The translations under genes were made by a program, and so were the position numbers. DNA of 64,000 nucleotides from Eledone cirrhosa (lineage: Eukaryota), in contig OZ024741.1 in assembly GCA_964016885.1 (NCBI GenBank), positions 95,790,001-95,854,000 of the forward strand, in the 5' to 3' direction. Positions 12,921 to 27,139 of this stretch are shown here, in pieces. Numbering within the stretch: the first letter of the stretch is position 1; each line of letters opens with the position of its first letter. Below the pieces are notes generated by a model. It saw only the letters and a list, made by a program, of their open reading frames with translations. It did not search any database and was not told the origin of the DNA.

Positions 12921-13326
12921 GGAGAGATGACCCCTTAGCCTTTGTCAAGGCAGAATTCTAGGAGAAGGAAAACTCTGATATAACACCTGCAACCCTGATG
13001 GTATCCAATGATGTTGACTTGTTCTTCTTTTTGGTAAATATCATATTGGTTAAGAGAGTGGGACTGGCTTTGTGCAGTGCCTTTGCTCACTATAAAAGCT
13101 TCACGGCACAGGCATTGCTTTATATCTGGAGATCTCTCTGCACTTGTCGTCACATGGTACCATGGGCCCAACACTATGTGTCAATAATTGTCACAAGTGT
13201 AGTCTTTGTACCAGAGTTTTCAAGTCGCTGGCTGGACTAAAAAGTCACACTCGTTCAGCGCATCAGTAGGGGTTCTCCTACATGGATATAAAGTAGTGGC
13301 CGTACTCGAAAACGAGTTGGCAGCCA

Positions 13327-13364
<38 letters not shown>

Positions 13365-13485
13365 GGATTATATGATTCAATTCAGGAAAGTGGGTTGATC
13401 AGATAACCCAACTACTGGTGGACGGCAATGTAAACACAACCCTAACCAAGTAACATATGAAAAACTAAAACGCCGCAATGTTCAA

Positions 13486-13556
13486 TCTGTCTGAAGAGAA
13501 ACCGTTTAAAGGTTTTTATGTAACCACTCTGACGTCTTCGAAATGCGTATAACAGA
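13486..13556 (+). ncRNA. Type I hammerhead motif with family-A-like geometry
   Basis: TCTGT-CTGAAGA-GAA..TTC-GAAA-TGCGTA-TA-ACAGA, followed by AATAAA. Confidence 0.75.
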
Positions 13557-14086
13557 ATTATGTAATAAATAGAGGATATACACATTAAACCGTCTCTCTA
13601 ATCTCTCTCTTTCTCTCTCTCTCTATATATATATATATATGTGTGTGTGTGTATGTGTGTCTGTATGTGTGTGTGTGTGCAAGTGTATTTTGTCTGTGTA
13701 TGTATATGGATATATAAGTGTACGTTTCTGTATCTGTGTAGTTGCTTTCATTGTTTCGTAGTTATGACAAAGGTTTTTTTTCAAAGCTCCAGCAGAAGAC
13801 TTTCTGAATGACAAAAAAAAGGTATAGTTATCATTATCTATAAAACATGGGGGAACGCTGTTTCAATTCAACTTCTTAGCTGTAGGGGTTAAAAGGTCCC
13901 TGCTATAGAGAAGAGTGAGGGCCAGCAACAGATATGAAGATAATTTAAACGAACTTTCTCATAGTATTCCCAGCAAGGAATTGGCCGACAGCTAAATCGA
14001 ATACAAATCACCTGAGTTCTTCAAGAATGAAATGGAAAAATGCAAGAAGGCATTTTGACAAACGCACACCGCCGTATGTATGTATG

Positions 14087-14138
<52 letters not shown>

Positions 14139-14182
14139 ATACCTAGTACATATATATATATTAGAGTATGCATCGTTTTGAG

Positions 14183-14258
<76 letters not shown>

Positions 14259-14453
14259 CATGTGCATTTTACTCTGTTTGGGAGTAAGTATGAACTTCTA
14301 AGCTTTCTTACATCCTCATATAAGCACACCCATGCACAAAAACACATATACACACATATTTACACATAAATGACTATTGAAATACACATTATAATATGTT
14401 TGTATGCCTCTACACTTGTAGTTGAGTGTTTAGAGACGCACATAATTTTGCTT

Positions 14454-14551
14454 TATAAAGATATGTGTAAATGTATTCCGAAGTTAAATTGTGTATCTGT
14501 ATGTGTGTATAGTATAATATATTTACATTTATATACATATATGAGTATATT

Positions 14552-14600
<49 letters not shown>

Positions 14601-14677
14601 ATGTATATATACATATATGTTCATACACATATGTACATATATATATAATGTACATATATATATATATAAATATATAT

Positions 14678-14772
<95 letters not shown>

Positions 14773-14794
14773 TCATAGATAGATATTATATATA

Positions 14795-14829
<35 letters not shown>

Positions 14830-14877
14830 TATATATATATGTACATATATGTATGTATATATACATAAGTGTGTGTG

Positions 14878-14930
<53 letters not shown>

Positions 14931-15025
14931 CATACTCATATGTGTATATAAATGTAAATATATTATACTATACACATATACAGATACACAATTTAACTTC
15001 GGAATACATTTACACATATCTTTAT
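14454..15025. repeat. Inverted duplication centred on (TC)n(TA)n(GA)n
   Basis: 14454-14650 is the reverse complement of ~14826-15025, including the (CA)n/(TG)n tract. Confidence 0.85.
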
Positions 15026-15051
15026 ATATATATATCTTTATATATACACAT

Positions 15052-15114
<63 letters not shown>

Positions 15115-15513
15115 AACTTATGAAAGGTTGTATGACCTGAGGGATGTACATTATATATATGTCTGTTGTCAAATTATTATTAGAAAGCAATGACGAAGTA
15201 ATTTAAAAAATAGATATTTTACGTTGTTCATTACTAAAATCACTGCAGGGTACACTTGATAATATTGCAATGGCATACAGGAATGGAACAACGTGACGTC
15301 ACCGCCCATGTCATGGTCGTTATCATTAGCTTTCTCTGTGTGGAAATGTGTTTGTGAATATGTATTAATACATGTCCGCGTATGCTTGTAAAATGTAGCT
15401 ATTAATATATACATGCATATAGGCGCTCACACCACACAAACACACACACATACACACACACTCACACACACACAAATCTCTCTCTCTCTATATATATATA
15501 TATATTATATATA

Positions 15514-15927
15514 TAGACAGTCGATCGACTTTCGTCAAATCGAACCGAGGAAACAATGTTTCCATTGGACTTTACAATTGCTAATTCTATCTATGAGTCG
15601 CAACTCCAGGTAGAAGAAACAACATGAAATAAGGTATTTTGCCAAAGGGCATAACGCATCGCCCGATCCGAGAATCGAACTCACAACCTCACGATTGCAA
15701 ATCCAATTCTCTAACTACTTCGCCTTCATATATACATATATATATTGGATATATACATATAGAATTGGATTTGCAATCGTGAGGTTGTGAGTTCGATTCC
15801 CGAACCTGGCTATGCGTTATGTCCTTGAGCAAAACACTTTATTTCGCGCTGATAGTATTAGCAATTGGAAAGACCAATGGAAACATTGGTTCCTTGGTCC
15901 GATTTGACGAAAGTTGATCGACTGTCG
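15514..15927. mobile_element. Inverted head-to-head pair of a tRNA-derived SINE head fused to another segment
   Basis: Arms 15514-15710 / 15761-15927. B-box-like GTTCGATTCC at 15791 followed by GTCCTTGAGCAAAACACTT. Confidence 0.7.
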
Positions 15928-15940
15928 ATATATATATATA

Positions 15941-15994
<54 letters not shown>

Positions 15995-16199
15995 TGAGTG
16001 AAAAAAAAACGATATTTTTTGTCAACTACAGGAAAAATACTGGCTTGTATAATGCTTAACTGATACATCACACTCTCCGACACCCATCTTCCCGAATCTT
16101 GTTAATGCTATGATCTGTGTTTTCCAGATATAAGTGAGATGCCATGAGATTCACCAATATTTATACATAGTTTTCTTTGACATTATCGTTATTTGGTTC

Positions 16200-16625
16200 C
16201 ATAGATAACGGAGCGCTTTAGAAAGTGTCAACAAAAGGGTAGCTCACAAAAAGTCAAGACAATCACGTAGCTTCTACACTAAAATAATAGACGATACAAT
16301 GCAAAGTCAGTGTTCCACAACAAATTAGATTGAAATAAGAACTGGGAAGGCTTAATTCCCCCTTACATTATTTTCCATTTTCGTATCAGCTATTTTTGAG
16401 CTCACTGTAGACAATATTCCATCTGGCGTCCAGATATCACACATTACAGATGGAAAGTTACTCAACTATAGAAGCTGCTGCGCTATTACACGGACCATAG
16501 CTACATTGGTAATAAAACTTCGGTACACAGATAATGCTACGTTCAGTGCGGCTTATGCACAAAGGCTACAGTTAACTATCGACAGTTTTACTGACGCATA
16601 TTGGAGCATATATCTAACTTTAAAA
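16200..16625 (+). pseudogene. Degraded LINE reverse transcriptase fragment (RTE-like)
   Basis: P.LFSIFVSAI..DGKLLN..LRYTDN (YADD-like)..LQLTIDSFTDAY..LTL. Confidence 0.65.
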
Positions 16626-16879
16626 ACACAGTTATTCTCCATCTACCGATCGATTACTTCATTCGTATCCTGTTTGCTAAAACTGCTATTCTCCGTATTT
16701 CATAAATATATCCGAACTTATTAAAAAATAAATTTATTCTACTATCTGTAAAGTGAAATCACTTCTTTTCATCTGTGCATAAAGGGTGGCATTGTCTATT
16801 ATTACCCAGTCTATATATATATCCTTTACCCTAAAGTAAAAAAAATGAGCTTAGGTTAAGATATTGCGTCCCTTCTGTA

Positions 16880-17560
16880 AATACTGCAGAATGTGTTCAT
16901 TTGTTGTGGTCCCAATATATACTGTTGCCGTGTTGACTACTTTTTTCTCTGCCAACTTCCATCTAGCGGGTATGGCTTTGATCCGTTGCAGCTACATTTG
17001 TTTTCGACATAGGATGTGAGTTTCTAGCATTTGGATGTCTATAGCTTGTATAATGTTTTTGGTTTTGGTGAAACTATAGCTAACCTTTTGTTGTTGATAT
17101 TGAATAGCTTGTGATATCTATAGTCTTTTGAGAAATGTTTTGTGATTAGTGTCAAGAGAATGTTTGCAACTTTTATCGCTACGCTGAAACCGCAGACGAG
17201 TACCGGTTGACTTAAATAATGTTTCTTTCCCTGGATTTGTTTGAATTATGGTTCATTTGAGAGGTTTTTGTTTGTATTCCATATTTTCTTTGAAGCTGCT
17301 CAATTTTATGGCTTCCTTGCAGAAGGGTGTTGCTTGGTGGAATATGTTTTTTTCTCGAGAATATTATATAAATATATAAATATTTCTGGCCATTTATATT
17401 TGGGGAAATGTCTGCATATTGTCTTCTTTTCTTGATATACTTAAAATAAGATACATGTGAGAAACTAAGTGAAACCATTTATTGAAATCTAACTACATAA
17501 TAAATCGTACATAAAGGCTTCAGTTATGCTTCTTTTCTGGTTTCGAAACGAAATTGCATG
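16880..17560 (-). pseudogene. Degraded Neptune-type PLE ORF fragment
   Basis: Hand translation RNII..KVANILLTLITKHFSKDYRYHKLFN..KCSC..PLDG..VYIGTT. Confidence 0.75.
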
Positions 17561-18110
17561 CTTACAAACTCTGACATTTCATGATTACCTCTTAAAGATT
17601 TGGTATTACAACTACATACCCAGGAATTTAGTAAGAGAGTGAAACTACTGTCTTGTTCTGGTTTTTGAACAAAATGTCAGCTCTACTTGGATAGATTTAT
17701 GATCACGATTTTCGACTTGTTCTATTTTCTCTCTTTTACCATAGTATACATTATTCAATGTATCCTTTTTTTATTTTAAGACGTTAGTTTATGAAGTAGA
17801 TAAGATAAGGCTGCTATTTTTAGCAGATCGGGTGACAACGTAGAAACTCCCTGTGTAATTGGGGTTGATAATAATGTTTCTTTTGCTGTATAACCCCAAG
17901 TAAGGCCTGATCAAGCGAATTATAAACAAAAGAGTGCCAACTCTACATCCTCGGTATTTTTTTATCATCTAAGTTGCTTAAAACATTTGGATGATATTTT
18001 TATCAGCTAGATAGAAATATCATATAATTCTTAAGTACCTAGTGAGGATAATAGTAGTGATAGTGGTATTATGACTTGTGGTGGTGAAATAGAAAGAGAG
18101 TGAGAGAGAG

Positions 18111-18155
<45 letters not shown>

Positions 18156-18527
18156 GAGAGAGATAGCTAGATAGATGGAGAGGGATAGAGAGAGTGAGAG
18201 AGAGAGAGAGTGGGGGAGAGCAGGAGACAAAGCGCAGTGCTCTTTTGAGTGACCTGAGGAAATGGTAGTGTAGGAAAGGGGAATTTTATAATTGGGTTGT
18301 GGCGTTACTGACAATGATGTTCATGGCGGGTTTTTCAAATGTAGAGATGGTGTTGGGTAGCAACACCTGATTCAATATTGACTGGAAAATATGATTCACC
18401 TTTCTCAAAATGGCTCTAATAATATTTGGATTTAGAAAGAATTCCTGCAAATGCGTGCGCACACAAACACTCATAGTCAAACTCACGCATGTACGCAAGC
18501 GCGCGCACATACACACACACACACTCT

Positions 18528-18647
<120 letters not shown>

Positions 18648-18764
18648 GAAACAGTCATATACTTCTATATATATGTATGGGATGTGTGTATTCCCCCTCT
18701 CTTTCTATCTCTATATATGCGTGTTTATCAGTGTGTATATAAATATGTGTGTTTGAATGTATAA

Positions 18765-18865
<101 letters not shown>

Positions 18866-19474
18866 TGTGTGTGTGTGTGTGTGTGTATATACATGCATAT
18901 GTGTGTGTAAATTAAAGAAAGAAAAGAAAGAAAGAGAGGAAGAAGGGGTGAGAAAAAGGAAAGGAAAGGAAAGAAAATGAGGTGAAAGGAGAAGTAGGGG
19001 TATGTAACAACTCTATCACATCATAGAGTAAGGAAGCCTGAGTGATGGATGATGTGGACCTCATCTAAGTGTACACATTGACCATAATTCTCACTTGGCG
19101 TGAGCTTTCTTTGATTACTGTCACATGATTTATTGTCCAACTTACAGACAACAACAACTACAACTATAACTACAACACCACCAATAACCAAAATAATAAT
19201 AATAATAATAATAATAATAGCACGAGGAAAGAGAAGGATAAAAAAAAAAAGAAGAAGAAGAAGAAGAAGAGAAGAAGAAAATTCGCCATCAGAGTTTTTA
19301 ATAAAAATGTCAATATGTTTATATGCATCAAAACACAAACATACATACATGCCTGCATGCATACAGATATACATACATACATATAAACATACATACATTC
19401 ATACATACATTCATACATACATATATAAATATATGTCTTTATATGAATGTATATATATATATATATATATACAT

Positions 19475-19559
<85 letters not shown>

Positions 19560-19659
19560 TATATATTTATTTATCTGTTTATCTATCTATCATCAACCAA
19601 TATCTCTCCCTTTCGTCCACCATTTATATATATATATATATACATACATATATATATAT

Positions 19660-19772
<113 letters not shown>

Positions 19773-20529
19773 GTATATATATATATGTATATATATATGT
19801 ATATATATATATATATATATACAATATTGCACTACGTTCTATTATGCAATACCTACAACTTATTACAGATGTCATCATTTATGTATAATATTGAAATAAA
19901 ATGTCACTCATGCAGCTTCATCTTCTCTTGTGGAACGTAGAAGACATAAAGTACGTGGCATGTGTATATGTATATATATGTTTATATATGGATTTTTATG
20001 TGTAATTCACCTGAAGGCATAACTTGTCTCTGCTTGTTTTGTTATCCTAATGTGCATTGGAATGAACGGTATGAACTTTAATTTCGGTAAATTGTAGTGA
20101 TTTTCAGAGGTTGAATGAGTAGATAGGACTGTCCGTCTTTTCATTGTTTTTTTTCATTGGCTTTGTCCGAAAACTCACTGGGAATAGTTAACAAGTGTAT
20201 CTCCGATTTCATTGATATTATATTATATTATAATACAATCTACATTAAATACAGATCTCTTTGTGTTTCTATAATATAAGAAATATTTTGAGAAATGTAT
20301 TAAAACATAAATGTGTTAAACTCTCTCGTCAAGTAAAAAAATATTTATATTTATAAGCACAAATAACGAGGTGAGTATAATGATGTATTTATTATTCTTA
20401 GATTTACCACACTAAAAACTCATCAAAAGACTTTCTTTCTAGGGCGGTAAATTACAAATATAACAAAAGGACATTACCATTAATTTGGTAATAAATAACA
20501 ATTCGGTATTCGTGCCTATAATCATGAAT

Positions 20530-20715
20530 CTTGAGTAATGACCGAAAGAATAGGATCGCGAAAAGAAGCGGCCGAAATGGGGTTCCTCCAAAGGGTCTTT
20601 GGAGTAACGTTACTCACTCAATGGAGTAACGTTATTCTAAAGATCAGAGAGTCACTCCAGGTTGAACCGCTGCAATTTTATGAGCATATGGTTAGAAATT
20701 CTCAGAAAAAAAAAA
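20530..20715 (+). pseudogene. RTE-type LINE C-terminal fragment
   Basis: MTERIGSRKEAAEMGFLQRVFGVTLL..IRESLQVEPL resembles the post-RT region of RTE ORFs. Confidence 0.7.
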
Positions 20716-21769
20716 AACAAATTGCAAAAGAAGAAGAAGAAGAAGTAACAATCCAACTAAACATGCAGCTGTAGTGTAACTCACATCACTTTGATCAGTC
20801 ATGATTGTTCAATGCCGCGCAAAAAAGATTACTTGGTATAAAATGAATATTTATATTAGTATAGATGTTTGTATTTCCGCATGTATATTCTTAGCTGTAT
20901 ATTTGATTCCATTTAAAACTTTCTGTAATAAAAAAGATTTTGAGCGAAAAATTGTTATTCAAATAGGGATCTTTAATTCATAAGTGACATATGGCCGTGA
21001 TATGTGAAACCTTCAAAATCTGTAAAACATTCTTTCGATTCAAAGGTTGAACACTTACACAAGGGACAACGAGAATTTCCTTTTCTTTACAAATTTACCA
21101 CCGGGAAGATGGCCGGTCAAAAATACACTCATACATACATACATTCCTATGTACGTACATACATTCATGCATTTATACATACTCAATATACGTTGTACAG
21201 TTTGTTCATTTATTTGAAACTGAGAGGTCACTCGGTCGTTCCTTCCAGTTTCTATGGTACGTATTTTATTGGACGACGCTTTATCTAAGGATTTCTTATC
21301 GGCTGACTTTTATCAAAACGATTTATCATATATTACTTTTTGAAATAATCTAAACTATAAACTATTTTAATTATGCATTAATTTTAGTACAACATAAAAC
21401 TAGAATTTTCATCCAAATTTTTATTTCTTTATCAAAACTACATTTCGTAAACTACTATATTGTAAACATATTATTTTGTAGAATTATATTTTTTATCTGT
21501 TTGCCTCATGTATTATATTTCACATGCATTCTTGTTTATTTAAACTTGTCTTTTTTTGACACAATAAACTGTCGTCTATACGCCATGTGCTAGACAAGAT
21601 TAATTGTATTACTATTTTGTTTATCGAATTATTTCAAAATTTCTTACGTTTTTTATTTAAATAAAATTTTCTATTCAATATAAAAAATAATGTTATGTTC
21701 AAAATTGTAATTGTTCTGTTTAAAATTATTTTACGAAATATTTAAAAAATATTTTATTAAAAGTCATTC

Positions 21770-21955
21770 AGTAATTAGTCGTTTTGACAACAGTCAGTTT
21801 GATAGAAGTAGTTTCGACTAAACCTCGCTTTGACAGAAATTATTTTCGACTGATATCATTTCAACAAGAAGCAATTCGATGAAAAATGTTTCGAGAAAAA
21901 GTCCTTTCTATGCAACATCATTCGATAAAAAGACGTTCGATGAAAAGTCGAGGTA
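21770..21955. repeat. Degenerate ~20-bp tandem array (TTCGA..AAAAGTC)
   Basis: Recurrent TTTCGA/TTTGA motifs at roughly 20-bp spacing, with a weak inverted counterpart near 21270-21330. Confidence 0.55.
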
Positions 21956-22510
21956 ATCTCACAGTATTTCATTAGCTGTGGGCACAATCGCCTCTACCTT
22001 TTCTGTCATTACTCCAACGAATCTAATATTTTCATCTGTCCTTCCTCCTTATTTCATCTTTATCAGTCTCTCTTAGCCTCGCGTTTGATAATTTTAATAC
22101 TTTTTTATGCACATACATACACATACATTCTCTCTCTATTCCATTCCAAAATATTTTATATCAACACATCTGTGCAAAATATGCCCTTGCTAAACCTGCT
22201 GGAAATAGCAGTTAAATTTGTATCAAATCACTTCCTGTCACGGGCCTGTAACTTGTGATTGAGTCGTAGGAGCACAGCATTTACATAATGCATGTCTAGG
22301 GTATTTAAATCTGGCAGAGACCATTTCTTTGCAGGTCTGAACACAGTCAATTTATTTCAGAGAAAGAGGGAGGGAGAGAGAGAGAAGGGGGGGGGGTAAG
22401 AGGAAGAGAGAGAGAGAGAGCGAAAGCGAGAGAGAGAGCAAGAGAGCAAGAGAGAGAGAGAGGGAGAGAGAGAGAGAGAGAGAGAGCGAAAGCGAGAGAG
22501 AGAGAGAGAG

Positions 22511-22573
<63 letters not shown>

Positions 22574-23062
22574 GAGAGAGCGAGTGAAAGAGAAGGAGTG
22601 AGAAAGAGATATAGAAGAATCGACCCCAGTACTGAACTGGTACTTTATTTATCGACCTCGAAAGGACGGAAACGGAAGGAGGAATACCAAGAAATATTTT
22701 AACATTATAAAAAGAAACATTCTAACATTATAAAAAGAAAGATCACACTACGTACCGTATGGCACATGGCAGCTGGGAATTCATTGGTTACTGCTGGAAA
22801 ACCTTCGATGATTGATCTACTGGATCATGACTGACCCGAAACAAAGACAAAAAATGTGGTACGAACAAATTCCCCATCTCCTATACCTTATAACCTCCAA
22901 AAATCAAATGATAAATCCCCTGTCTGGTCATTGGACTGTTAAAGTTAGCAGAACATTCTCTTTAAAGTCACAGCTCACCGTCTTGAATAAGAAAAATACA
23001 GAGTTACAATATATAGGTTAAAATTGTATCGTTCTCATAAACTTGAGCAATAGATATGTAAT

Positions 23063-23837
23063 AATTGTTTCTACTTTTGGCACAAGGCTAGCAATTCTCC
23101 CAGTGCATTACTGGTGCTTTATTTTATCGACCCCGTAAGGATGAAAGGCAAAGTACGACCCTCTACCGGTAGAGTATGAGTAATATTTGTTTCTACTTTT
23201 GGCACAAGGCCAGCAATTATCCCAGTGTATTACTGGTACTTTATTTTATCGACCCCCGTAAGGATGAAAGGCAAAGTTAACCTCGGCGGGATTTGAACTG
23301 AGACCATAAAGGGCCGTAACTCTTTGCTTGCAAAGCATGGCGTCAGACCCTCTACCGATACTGCCAATCCACCGCAGAGTATGAGTAATAATATGAATTT
23401 CTCCGCTTCTGTCAAACACTTGATACATACATTCTGCAAACAATTTGAACTATTTAACCATTTTATTATTAGCTCTTAAAATGCCCTATATGATCTGAGT
23501 TCAAATCCCGCCGAGGTTAACTTTGCCTTTCATCCTTAAAATAAAGTACCAGTAACGTAATGGGGGTCGATTTAATCGGCTTTCCACTCCCACCAAATTA
23601 TTGGCCTTGTGCCTATACTAGAAATAATTATTAGCTCTTAAAATCCTGTAGCACATAAAACCACGTTAGTTTGACATTCTTGAAAAGTACAAAACAGTAC
23701 TAACTGCATCATATTAATAACTGATTCAAATCCCGCCGAGGTTGACTTTGCCTTTCATCCTTACGGGGTCGATAAAATAAAGTACCAGTGAGGCACTGGG
23801 TAGTTGCTGGCCTTGTGCCTAAATTAGAAACAATTAA
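23063..23837. mobile_element. Cluster of four tRNA-derived SINE copies (two minus, then two plus)
   Basis: B-box GAGTTCAAATCCC, then GCCTTTCATCCTTACGGGGTCGATAAAATAAAGTACCAG (Meta-domain-like, from memory), then GGCCTTGTGCC tail. Confidence 0.9.
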
Positions 23838-24719
23838 TAACTGAAATATTTACTCCAATACTCCAAATATTTACATTGATCTGCAGATCAATAAAGATGT
23901 TATACACATTTGAATTAAGAATCCTATTTTTTAAAATATTTTCGGCTAAATCATTACACAATGTTAAGAATTTATTACGTCGGGCGCCCAAGAAGCCCTG
24001 CCATAGTCTTTCTTGTAAGAAAGCAAACTTTCAACCTTCACAAAATGTTTTATATTTCAGAAAATTTTCAAAAGTATATTTGGATAATTCAATAATTCCT
24101 TTAATATATTTTAAAAGACAGATGTTGTTGTTTTTTTCTTTATTTCCTTAATTCTACTTATAAAAATATTATCTCAGCCACTCAAGGAAAGAAAACAATG
24201 AATATATAGACGTACGCTTATATTTATATCAGTAAACACACATACGTAATTACTTGATTGAACAACGGTGGAGGTGATCAGATAGACAATATACATTATG
24301 AAATAAGAAATAGATAAATTATTATAAAGGAAATTAATTTATTTAAAAAATAAGCAATAAAGATCAGAAATGCAAATATAATTAATAAGGGTACAAATAT
24401 AGATAAATGATATATGAAGTATATCTAGAAAATAGAAAATAAAAGATAGATAGTAAAAAAATATAAAATATAGATGTAAATATATAAGAATATAAAAACA
24501 ATAAATAATTAATAAAAATCAATAAGAAATCAATAAATTAATTAATGAAAGCCTAACTATCAGATTCATAGCCAAGTAAATGTAACTGAGTCTCCTAGAT
24601 ATGATAAATATGTGTAGTAATTATAGAGAGGGGAAAATACCAAATCCAGAGTAACTAAAGGCGTTTTGACTATACCCAGGTAGTCCCACTCTACCCGGAT
24701 TAGTTTATGTATACTTGTG

Positions 24720-25035
24720 CGGGTGCAGCATAATCAAATGGTTGAGAGTTTCACTTGAAAAATCATCGGGGCTCGGGTTCGATACAACTGCATGACGTCT
24801 TTAACAAGTGTAATTCACCATAGCATCGAGTCGATCCCTGCCTTGTGAGTGAAACTAAATAGATGGAAACTGTTTGGAAGCCCATCGGATAGACTCTGCT
24901 TGTAATTCCAAAGGCGTGTATTGTCAAATACTGCTTAAGATAAATCCCATGAGAATTATATTAAGGGCACACATTTGTTGAACGCTCAGCGATTTACACG
25001 TTAATTTCATGATCAGTCTCTTCCGTTGATCAAGT
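24720..25035 (+). mobile_element. Second, degraded tRNA-derived SINE family
   Basis: A-box-like TGG plus GGGTTCGATAC, followed by GCCTTGTGAGTG..GATGGAAACTG..GAAGCCC. Confidence 0.6.
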
Positions 25036-25046
25036 CCAGTCCATAA

Positions 25047-25520
25047 TGTTTATACTTTTGGCACAAGGCCAGCAATTACCCCAGTGTATTACTGGTACTT
25101 TATTTTATCGACCCCGTAAGAATGAAAGGCAAAGTTAACCTCAGCGGGTTTTGAGCTCAGAACGTAAAAGGCCATTACTCTATGCTGCAAAGCATGGTGT
25201 CTGACGCTCTACGAATACTGCCAAACCACCGCCCTAGAACTAATAATAATTGTTTCTGATTTAGGCACAAGGCCAACAATTTTTTTTTTGGGGGGGGGGG
25301 GGGGTGTCAATTAAATTACCCAGTACGTTACTGGTACTTTATTGACTCCGTAAGGATGAAAGGCAAAACTAGCCTTGGCAGGATTTGAACTCGTGGCAGA
25401 GAAAGAAGAGACGAAGTAGTGTGAACAATTTAAGAATCAAACAATTAAAGGATGAGAAAGAAGCATTCCCACTGTCGAGACAGTGGAAAGGAGCGAAAAG
25501 GAGGGAGAAAGAGAGAAAGA

Positions 25521-25579
<59 letters not shown>

Positions 25580-25832
25580 GGACTATGGTGGAAAATTAAC
25601 ATGTGAGACAAGCAAGGTTCTAATAGTCCCTAAATATGTAAATACAACAAATAATTGTTATTACTTTTGGCACAAGGCCAGCAATTATATCAGCACATTA
25701 CTGGTACTTTATTTTATCGACCTCGTAAGGATGAAAGGCAAAGTTAACCTCGGCGGGATTTGAACTCAGACCATAAAGGGCTGTAACTCTTTGCTGAAAA
25801 GCATGGCGTCCGACCCCCTACCAATACTGCCA
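25047..25832 (-). mobile_element. Three SINE copies (25047-25233, 25247-25392, 25652-25832)
   Basis: Same consensus as the 23063-23837 cluster. Confidence 0.9.
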
Positions 25833-25968
25833 AGTAATGATCAATGATACAGACTTGCTCTTTTCGATGTGTGTGTGTGCAAAAAGTAATCGAAAAAAAA
25901 CAAAGCAAACAGTACAGTACAATGGAGAAATATATTACTTTAACGCTTGATATACTAGGAAATGAGCA

Positions 25969-26000
25969 TTAACGTTTCGAACACTAGTCCTTCATCAGAA
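25969..26000 (-). ncRNA. Minimal hammerhead motif, family D
   Basis: Minus strand TT-CTGATGA-AGGAC-TAGT-GTTC-GAAA-CG-TT-AA. Stem I is short. Confidence 0.6.
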
Positions 26001-26570
26001 GATAAAATGAGAAATAAAAGATGAAAGGGAAAAATAGAGAGTAAGAAGAAGGAATGGAGAAATGGTTTTTCGAATGGGATCGTAAAGAAACTACCGCTAA
26101 ATAAGGTACTCGATATACGACTAGAGCTGGGTACATATAAAGAGAGAGTGTTTATGTGTGAGTGAGATCCTCGGGCGCAGGTATTTTCTTTGATATATGC
26201 ATATATGTGCGTCTGAGAAGCGGGGAGAGGAGTGTGTGTGTGTGTGTGTGGTACTATTTATCTCTCTATTTCTTTCTACTCCCCCTCTGCCCTCTTCTAG
26301 CTAACTGCTGTGGATTTTTTCACTCTCTCTCTCTTTTTCTCTGTCTCTTCCTCACTCTTCCTCCTCACTCTCTCTCTCACTCTCCCCCTCTCTCTCTCTC
26401 GTCCTCGTTCATTCTTTCTCTTGCTTCTACCCTCTCTATATTTATCCTTCTTCCACACTTACACACGCTCTCCTAAACGATATATATAAATGTGTGTGCG
26501 TGTGTGTATGTGTGGTATGTGTGCGTGTATGTGTGTGTCTGTGTGCACATATGTAGATGTATGTATATAT

Positions 26571-26662
<92 letters not shown>

Positions 26663-26869
26663 GCATGTAGACATATATGCATGTGCATTCAAATATACTC
26701 CAAGTCCATCTCAGTACACGGCGCGCTGATGCGTAAGCAGAAGCGGCAAGTCGCGCCAACATTTTCTAAAGCGAGAGTCGAGTCAAACGCGCTAAAATAC
26801 CGTTTAATTGTCAGCATTCATTTATCGCCCTCCATGTTCTTGCCTCGTTTTCCACACGACTGCTTTGTT

Positions 26870-26922
<53 letters not shown>

Positions 26923-26937
26923 TTGCTGTTGTTGTTG

Positions 26938-26997
<60 letters not shown>

Positions 26998-27139
26998 GAA
27001 TTCCTTGGTGTCATGTGACAAAGACAAGCTTTTAAACACCAGTGGTGTATCAGTGGCATTTTTGTTCGAGATGTCTCGTTCAAGTTCCATTATTGAGTCT
27101 CCATGACAACAAGTGTTGACAGAAAGAATGGCACATGAA

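Noticed and set aside
15848-15927. CTGATAG..GAAAGTTGATCGACTG as a hammerhead
   Set aside because: The core and cleavage position are non-canonical and there is no stem I.
23280-23375. tRNA gene
   Set aside because: The A/B-box-like head continues into the SINE body in many copies and there is no complete cloverleaf.
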